A stretch of 64,000 nucleotides of DNA from Corallococcus interemptor (lineage in GTDB: Bacteria > Myxococcota > Myxococcia > Myxococcales > Myxococcaceae): NCBI RefSeq assembly GCF_042231085.1, contig NZ_CP102579.1; one strand, 5' to 3'. Below, piece by piece: positions 58,574-64,000 of the stretch; positions within the stretch are counted from its first letter, which is position 1; every line of letters starts with the position of its first letter. Under the pieces are notes generated by a model. It had not been told where the DNA came from, made no database searches, and saw nothing but the letters and a program-made list of their open reading frames with translations. Both the position numbers and the translations under genes were made by a program.

Positions 58574-59668
58574 ATGCGCCGCATGTCCTCGCCCCTCTTC
58601 GACTCCCTCGACACGCCCGCCGCCATCGTGGACCTGGACCGCGTGGAGCGGAACCTCCAGCGCGTCGCGTCCTATGCCCGCGAGCACGGCCTGCGCTGGC
58701 GTCCCCACACGAAGACGCACAAGACGGCGGAGCTGGGCGCGATGCAGGTCGCGGCGGGAGCCTCCGGCGTCACGGTGGCCACCCTCCTGGAAGCCGAGGT
58801 CATGGCGTCCGTGTCCGACGACGTGTTGCTCGCGTATCCGCCGGTGGGCGCGCGCAAGCTGGCGCGGCTGATGGCCCTGCCCTCGCGCGTGCGGCTCACC
58901 GTGGCGCTCGACTCCCTTGAAGTGCTGGAGGGGCTGGCGCGCGCGGCGCGGGATGCCGGGCGCACCGTGGGCGTGCTCGTGGAGGTGGACCTGGGCATGC
59001 GCCGCGTGGGGCTGCGCACGCCGGATGAAGCCTTGGCCCTGGCGCGCGCGGCGGCGTCCATGGCTGGGGTTGCGTTTCGCGGGCTGACCTTCTACGCGGG
59101 CCACATCCGCGTCCCGCAGGCGGAGCTGCCCGCCGTGATGCAGGCGCAGTCCGATGCGGTCACGACGTTCGTGGACGCGTTGAAGGCCGCCGGTCTTCCG
59201 CCGGAGGTGGTCAGTGGCGGCTCCACGCCGACGCTCTGGCAATCCCATACGGTGAAGGGCCTCACGGAGATCCGCCCCGGCCTCAACGCGCTGAACGACC
59301 GCAACGCCGCGGTCATCGGCGCGTGTGATTGGACGGAGTGCGCCTACTCCGTGCTGGCCACCGTCGTGAGCACTGCCGTGCCGGGCCAGGTGGTCATCGA
59401 CGCGGGAGCCAAGGCGCTGGTGAAGGAGGAAGGGCTGGCGCCGGGCTATGGCGTCGTGCTGGACCGGCCGGAGGTCGTGGTGAAGAACCTGTCGGAGGAG
59501 CACGGCCTCTTGGACGTGTCCGGCACGACGTGGCGCCCGCGTATCGGCGAGCGGGTGCGCGTGGTACCCAACCATGTCTGTGTTTCCGTCCCCCAGCATC
59601 CTCGGCTGCACGTCGTGCGGGGTGACACGCAGGTGGCGACGTGGGAGGTCACAGCGCGCGGCTGGTGA
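58574..59668 (+). CDS. DSD1-family PLP enzyme (alanine racemase-like N-domain; D-serine deaminase / D-threonine aldolase-like)
   Basis: PLP-lysine motif WRPHTKTHKT; alanine-racemase-like barrel plus C-terminal beta domain. Confidence 0.75.
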   Translation: MRRMSSPLFDSLDTPAAIVDLDRVERNLQRVASYAREHGLRWRPHTKTHKTAELGAMQVAAGASGVTVATLLEAEVMASVSDDVLLAYPPVGARKLARLMALPSRVRLTVALDSLEVLEGLARAARDAGRTVGVLVEVDLGMRRVGLRTPDEALALARAAASMAGVAFRGLTFYAGHIRVPQAELPAVMQAQSDAVTTFVDALKAAGLPPEVVSGGSTPTLWQSHTVKGLTEIRPGLNALNDRNAAVIGACDWTECAYSVLATVVSTAVPGQVVIDAGAKALVKEEGLAPGYGVVLDRPEVVVKNLSEEHGLLDVSGTTWRPRIGERVRVVPNHVCVSVPQHPRLHVVRGDTQVATWEVTARGW

Positions 59669-59805
59669 CAGGCCGTACCGCCCCAGCGTGCCGCCAGGTT
59701 GTCATCCACTGGTCCGCGCGCTGCCACTGGCAGTGGGGATGCCGCTGACGGTGCCGTGTCTAGCATTTCGCCGGTCGCCGGAACGACTTCCGGCGGGGAG
59801 GCGGC

Positions 59806-60975
59806 ATGCATAAGGCAAAGGGCTTTTCTGTCACGGCGGCCATCGGCGCATTGTTCCTGGGAGCACCCGCGGCGCTCGCGTCGGACAGGGAGGCGCTCGA
59901 CGCCCGGTTCCAGCAAGCGAAGCCGGTCGAATGCGACGTCCAGTGTGGCGACGTCATCACCCAGCACACGAAGCTCACGCATGACCTCTCCTGCCCGGGC
60001 ACGGACGAGCCCGCACTCCGCATCGAAGGGGATGGCATCGTCCTCGACCTGGGTGGCCACACCGTGCGCCGCTCGAGTCCGGTCCGGCAAGACACCCTGG
60101 GCATCGTGGTCACCGGCACCAGCATGGTGCGCAACGGCACGATTCGCGGGTTCGCGAGAGGCATCCAGACCGAGGGAGTCGACTCCCTGCGGGTGCACAA
60201 GCTCACGTTCGCCGGCAACGGCACCGCCATCTACAACTTCTTCTCCACCACCTCCTTCCTCGTCACGAATTCGCGCTTCATCGGCAATGACGTCGGGCTC
60301 GGAAGCGAGATCGACGCGTCCCTCGGTTCGTTCGACGTGAGGTCGAGCCACTTCGAGAACAACCGCCTCGGCATCTACCTGGATACCCATTCGGCCGACG
60401 TCCTCGATTCGACCTTCACGGGGAACGAAGTCGGCATCTACTGCTTCGCCGGCAGTGCCCGCGTCCGGTCGAGCGTCTTCGCGCGGAATGACGCCGTCGC
60501 TTCCACGACCGTGCCCATCGGGGGCCGGGATATCTGCGAACGGTTCCGCTTCGAGAACACGCTCATCGCGAACAACGCGTCGTTCGCCCCCACGGAGACG
60601 CCCATCTGGAACGTGGTCCAGCTCGACATGATCAACAACTGGATCGTGGGCAATGACAATGGGCTGACAGCCGGCTCATTCCAGATCTACATCCAGGGCA
60701 ACACCTTCTGGGACAATGCGGGCGGACTGACCCTGGAAGACACGCCCATCGTCAGCCTCCCGCAGACCGGCATCGTCCGCGCCAACCGGTTCCTCCGGAA
60801 CAACGGTGACGGCCTCCGCGTCCTCCCGGCCAGCACGCCCACGGTGCTGGGCAACGTGGCCCTGGGCAACACGGGCTGGGGCATCCACGCGCCTACCGCC
60901 TTCGACGGGGGCGGCAACGTCGCGCGGAACAACGGCGCCGGCAACTGCGAGGGCGTCACCTGCGCCCCCTATTGA
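59806..60975 (+). CDS. Secreted right-handed parallel beta-helix repeat protein
   Basis: Signal peptide; repeated xGNxVG/IY...S.F.xN units typical of PbH1 repeats. Confidence 0.65.
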   Translation: MHKAKGFSVTAAIGALFLGAPAALASDREALDARFQQAKPVECDVQCGDVITQHTKLTHDLSCPGTDEPALRIEGDGIVLDLGGHTVRRSSPVRQDTLGIVVTGTSMVRNGTIRGFARGIQTEGVDSLRVHKLTFAGNGTAIYNFFSTTSFLVTNSRFIGNDVGLGSEIDASLGSFDVRSSHFENNRLGIYLDTHSADVLDSTFTGNEVGIYCFAGSARVRSSVFARNDAVASTTVPIGGRDICERFRFENTLIANNASFAPTETPIWNVVQLDMINNWIVGNDNGLTAGSFQIYIQGNTFWDNAGGLTLEDTPIVSLPQTGIVRANRFLRNNGDGLRVLPASTPTVLGNVALGNTGWGIHAPTAFDGGGNVARNNGAGNCEGVTCAPY

Positions 60976-60988
60976 CCGCGCCACACGC

Positions 60989-61984
60989 TCAGGGGATGCG
61001 CTTCAGCTCCTGCGTGAGCAGCTCCTCCAGGTGCCGGATGTTCCGGTAGACGAGGCACCGGTAGCTGGACACGTCGAAGCGCAATTCCTTCACGTCGCGC
61101 ACCAGCATCAGGGTGGGCTTGCCGCGTCCCCAGGCATAGCCCACCTCCAGATAGACATTGGGGTTCGCCAGCGACAGGTCCGCGATGACGACCTTCGCGG
61201 TGTCGATGCGGTCCCGGATGCGCTGGATGATGGGCCCGTCGAAGACGGCCTGATCCACCCGCTCGCACAGGAGCCCCGCCGCCTTCACGGGGTTCAGGAT
61301 GCCGTAGTGGTAGGTGTCCTCCAGCTCCTGCGCGAAGGGCATCGCCACGAACGCATGGGGCTTCTCTTGGGAGTTCGCGCCCGCGGAAGCCATGGACGGC
61401 GCCTGGACGAAGCGCGACGTCCGCCGCACGCGGAAGCCCGTGGCCCCCATCAGCGGCTCCACGCCCGGCGTGAGCCCCAGCCCCAGCGCCAATGCCTTTC
61501 GCAGGCGCTCCACGCGCTTGGGGTTCAGCTCCACCACCGTGATGCGCTCCAGGTCGCGAGGGCCGCTGCCCCGCTGGAACGCGTCCACGAAGCCACCCAC
61601 CAGGGCCAGCACGGCCTCGTCCTCGTCCAGCCCGTAGTTGGGACCGTGCACCGTGCACGCGAGGTGACGCACCTCATGCCGGGGCTCCAGCAGTTGGAGC
61701 GCGCGCACGGCGAACTGGCGGATCTCGTGGTAGCCGAACTGTCTCAGGCGCACCGTGCCCAGGAAGAGCACCCACGGGGCGCCCAGGGTCCGGCGCGACT
61801 CGATGAAGCGGTGGTCCCCCGGGAGCAGGTCGAAGGCGTCCATGGCCACGCCCGCCGCCTCCAGCCGGCGAGCCACCGCACCATCCGCCCCGTGGAAGCC
61901 CTGCGCGTACTTCAGCAGCACGGCATCCGCGGCCGTCTCTCCCACGTCCCCCAGGTCCACCACGACGTCCAGCGTGTCTCCCAT
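60989..61984 (-). CDS. Two-domain hypothetical protein with C-terminal nucleoside 2-deoxyribosyltransferase-like (NDT/TIR-like Rossmann) domain
   Basis: C-terminus AFVAMPF...IADLSLANPNVYLEVGYAWGRGKPTLML resembles NDT family (FxxxPF...E-GYA-GKP). Confidence 0.5.
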   Translation of the reverse strand: MGDTLDVVVDLGDVGETAADAVLLKYAQGFHGADGAVARRLEAAGVAMDAFDLLPGDHRFIESRRTLGAPWVLFLGTVRLRQFGYHEIRQFAVRALQLLEPRHEVRHLACTVHGPNYGLDEDEAVLALVGGFVDAFQRGSGPRDLERITVVELNPKRVERLRKALALGLGLTPGVEPLMGATGFRVRRTSRFVQAPSMASAGANSQEKPHAFVAMPFAQELEDTYHYGILNPVKAAGLLCERVDQAVFDGPIIQRIRDRIDTAKVVIADLSLANPNVYLEVGYAWGRGKPTLMLVRDVKELRFDVSSYRCLVYRNIRHLEELLTQELKRIP

Positions 61985-62197
61985 GGACCCGGGACTGTAG
62001 GGCGTACCGGTCCGGCCACGCCATCCCCGGCGTCCACCCCACCGTGGCGGGTGGGATGAACACAGACGTGGCGAACGTCCGTCAATCCCTGTTCAATGAC
62101 TCCTCCTGGCCGCCTGGCTGTCTTTCAGGCCGCCTCCACGCCGCCTGTGAAGCGCTTCACAGTTTCCGCGAGGACGGGCCGGTAGCATTCGCGCACC

Positions 62198-63094
62198 ATG
62201 TCCCTGTTCGCGCGCCTGCAGGCCCTGCTGTCCGCCCACCCGTCCGCCCCGGCTCCGGCGGCCGGACAGTCGCCCGCGGCCTCCTCGGCGCACCCGGTGG
62301 CGACCGGCGCCCAGGCGGAGGCGGAAGGCGCCCCCGCGCCGCCGCCTGTCTGCACCCGCTACCTGCCCGCGGGCCAGGTGGTGGTGCGCGAGGGAGACCC
62401 GGGACACTCCATGTTCGTGGTGCTGGAGGGCCGCGTCGCGGTGCTTCGCGGCGGCGAACCCGGCGGCAACACGGAGGTCGGCCGCCTGGGGGCCGGCGAG
62501 TTCTTCGGGGAGCTGGCGCTGCTCACCGGCACGCAGCGCACCGCGACCATCGTGACGGTGGAGGACGCCGTGCTGCTGGAGCTCACCCAGGCCGGCGTCC
62601 GGGAGCTGGGCAAGGACTACGGCGTGAAGGGCGAGCAGATGCAGGTCGCCGCCCGGGAGCGCCTGCTCGCGGACGCGCTGCGCAGCAACCCGCTCATCGC
62701 CGCCCTGCCCCCGGAGGTGCAGCACGAGCTGGGAGACTCGTTCGTCCCCTGCACCGTCCCCGCCGGTGAGACGCTGCTCACCCGCGGCCAGCCGGGGGAC
62801 GCGCTCTACGTCCTCATCCGGGGCCAGTGCGAGGTCTTCCACACGCACAGCGACGGTCGCCAGTCCGCCTATCCCAAGCTGGAGGAAGGCGCCCTGTTCG
62901 GGGAGATCTCCCTGCTGCGCAGCCGGCTGGCCACCGCCACCGTGCGCACCGTGACGCCCTGCACGCTGCTCAAGCTGGAGCGCGAGGTGTTCAGGAAGGC
63001 CTTCCTGGGCCAGCCCGACCTGCGCGGCGCGCTGGTGCGCCTGGGCCTGGAGCGGCTCAAGCACACCATGGAAGTCATGGGCGAAGCGAAGTAG
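62198..63094 (+). CDS. Tandem cyclic-nucleotide-binding domain protein
   Basis: Two CAP-type cNMP motifs (GEFFGELALLTGTQRTATIV and GALFGEISLLRSRLATATVRTV). Confidence 0.8.
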   Translation: MSLFARLQALLSAHPSAPAPAAGQSPAASSAHPVATGAQAEAEGAPAPPPVCTRYLPAGQVVVREGDPGHSMFVVLEGRVAVLRGGEPGGNTEVGRLGAGEFFGELALLTGTQRTATIVTVEDAVLLELTQAGVRELGKDYGVKGEQMQVAARERLLADALRSNPLIAALPPEVQHELGDSFVPCTVPAGETLLTRGQPGDALYVLIRGQCEVFHTHSDGRQSAYPKLEEGALFGEISLLRSRLATATVRTVTPCTLLKLEREVFRKAFLGQPDLRGALVRLGLERLKHTMEVMGEAK

Positions 63095-63121
63095 TCCGCC
63101 GTCCTCCGCGAGCGTCTGTCT

Positions 63122-63469
63122 TTACCGCAACGCCTTCCGGGCACCGGTGGACCAGAGCGCCCAGGCCATCAGCACGGGCTGGAAGAACAGCCGCGCCAGG
63201 CGCTTGCGGTCCGTATCCAGACCGAACGCGGAGAGGCGCTTGTCGTACTGGTGCAGGTTGCCGGGGAAGACCGCCGCGAAGAAGGCCGCCAGTCCCAGCC
63301 CCAGGGGAACCCGGTGGCGCTTGTCGAAGAGCAGCGACAGCCCGAGGCCGATCTCCACCACGCCGGAGAGCAGGACGACGAGGTCCTTGTCCATGGGCAC
63401 CCAGTCCGGCACCTGCGCCTGGAATGGTCCGCGCGCGAAGGAGAGATGCCCCGCGCCGGCCCCGACCAT
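63122..63469 (-). CDS. DoxX-family membrane protein (start may lie further upstream)
   Basis: DoxX-like hydrophobic pattern LVVLLSGVVEIGLGLSLLF...LGLAAFFAAVFPGNL. Confidence 0.6.
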   Translation of the reverse strand: MVGAGAGHLSFARGPFQAQVPDWVPMDKDLVVLLSGVVEIGLGLSLLFDKRHRVPLGLGLAAFFAAVFPGNLHQYDKRLSAFGLDTDRKRLARLFFQPVLMAWALWSTGARKALR

Positions 63470-63648
63470 GAACGAGCCCAACACGCCGCGCCCCACGTTC
63501 TGCAAAGGTGTCGTCCTGGCTTCCTGAAGCACGGTCCGCCTCCGTCCCGGTTCAATCCCAATCACCGAAAGGTGGGGTGGCGAACTGGCGGGTGCAAGAC
63601 AGGGGTGAGGCCGCCTCCACGCCAGGGGGACGGGCGAGAGGGCACGAA

Positions 63649-64000
63649 TCACCTCCGCCGCGCGGCATCCTCCAGGTAGGCGCGCACCACGGGCATGAGC
63701 GGCAGGCGCAGCGCGGTCTCCACGTCGAGCCACCCGGCCCACACCACCTCGCGCTGGTCGAGCACGAGCCGGGGCTCCGCGGCGAACTCCAGCTCGACGA
63801 AGTGGCACAGGTCCCGCTTGAACTCGTCCGTGTGACGCAGCTCGCACACGACGCGCAGACTCGAGGCCGGCACGTGCAGCCCCACCTCCTCGCGCAGCTC
63901 CCGGGCGCCCGTCTCTTCCGGAGACTCGCCGCGGTGCCGGCCGCCGCCCGGCAACGAGAAGGCCTGCTTGTAGGAGTTCTGCAGCAGCAACACTTCACGC
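63649..64000 (-). CDS. NUDIX hydrolase (5' end beyond window)
   Basis: Nudix box GGGRHRGESPEETGARELREEVGL. Confidence 0.75.
   Translation of the reverse strand, partial: REVLLLQNSYKQAFSLPGGGRHRGESPEETGARELREEVGLHVPASSLRVVCELRHTDEFKRDLCHFVELEFAAEPRLVLDQREVVWAGWLDVETALRLPLMPVVRAYLEDAARRR

Noticed and set aside
1-64000. Search for tRNA/rRNA genes, CRISPR arrays, integrase/transposase genes
   Set aside because: No cloverleaf-compatible segments, no regularly spaced short repeats and no recombinase motifs (R..H..R..Y tyrosine recombinase or DDE) were found. The repeat-bracketed island has no integrase inside the window.

Overview
The window is high-GC (~70%) bacterial chromosomal DNA. Its gene content looks myxobacterial (Myxococcus/Corallococcus-like): several che clusters, a sitBAI-like lipoprotein toxin cassette and many secreted lipoproteins. 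About 50 genes are called.

- **Positions 1-8.7k:** a complete chemosensory operon, CheA-CheW-MCP-[ABC1/UbiB kinase]-[ABM monooxygenase]-CheB-CheR. The MCP is cytoplasmic and carries an N-terminal truncated-hemoglobin (2/2 Hb) domain plus PAS domains.
- **8.7-30k:** housekeeping and accessory genes. These include a DAG-kinase-like lipid kinase, a Fic protein followed by two translationally coupled paralogous small proteins, Hsp20, PhzF, a DUF481 outer-membrane protein, ProC, an ArsR regulator, P450 + ABM, aminopeptidase N, a triple tandem-repeat secreted protein, a PKD/Kelch lipoprotein, an SDR, LysR and a long phenylalanine-hydroxylase-like protein, and a LysM protein.
- **30.6-33.4k:** a clear bacterial homolog of the eukaryotic major vault protein (MVP). 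A small secreted 6-Cys peptide gene is transcribed divergently from it.
- **34.4-52.8k:** a segment of about 18.4 kb bracketed by an ~80-bp imperfect direct repeat. The second copy is the 3' end of a 268-aa gene. The segment carries two things:
  - a sitBAI-like cassette (outer-membrane protein, lipoprotein polymorphic toxin, overlapping immunity gene);
  - a tightly coupled four-gene defence operon resembling class-1 DISARM: a 1752-aa DEAD helicase fused to a DUF1998 module (DrmA/DrmB- or DruE-like), an SNF2 helicase (DrmD-like), a 1333-aa N6-adenine methyltransferase with an NPPW motif (DrmMI/PglX-like), and a terminal HNH nuclease where DISARM normally has a PLD nuclease.
- **53-64k:** an RdgC-like pair, PBP4 (DacB), prolyl oligopeptidase, a DSD1-family PLP enzyme, a beta-helix protein, a two-domain protein with an NDT-like C-terminus, a tandem cNMP-binding protein, DoxX and a partial NUDIX gene.

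No rRNA, tRNA or CRISPR array was seen. Many long antisense ORFs are high-GC artefacts.
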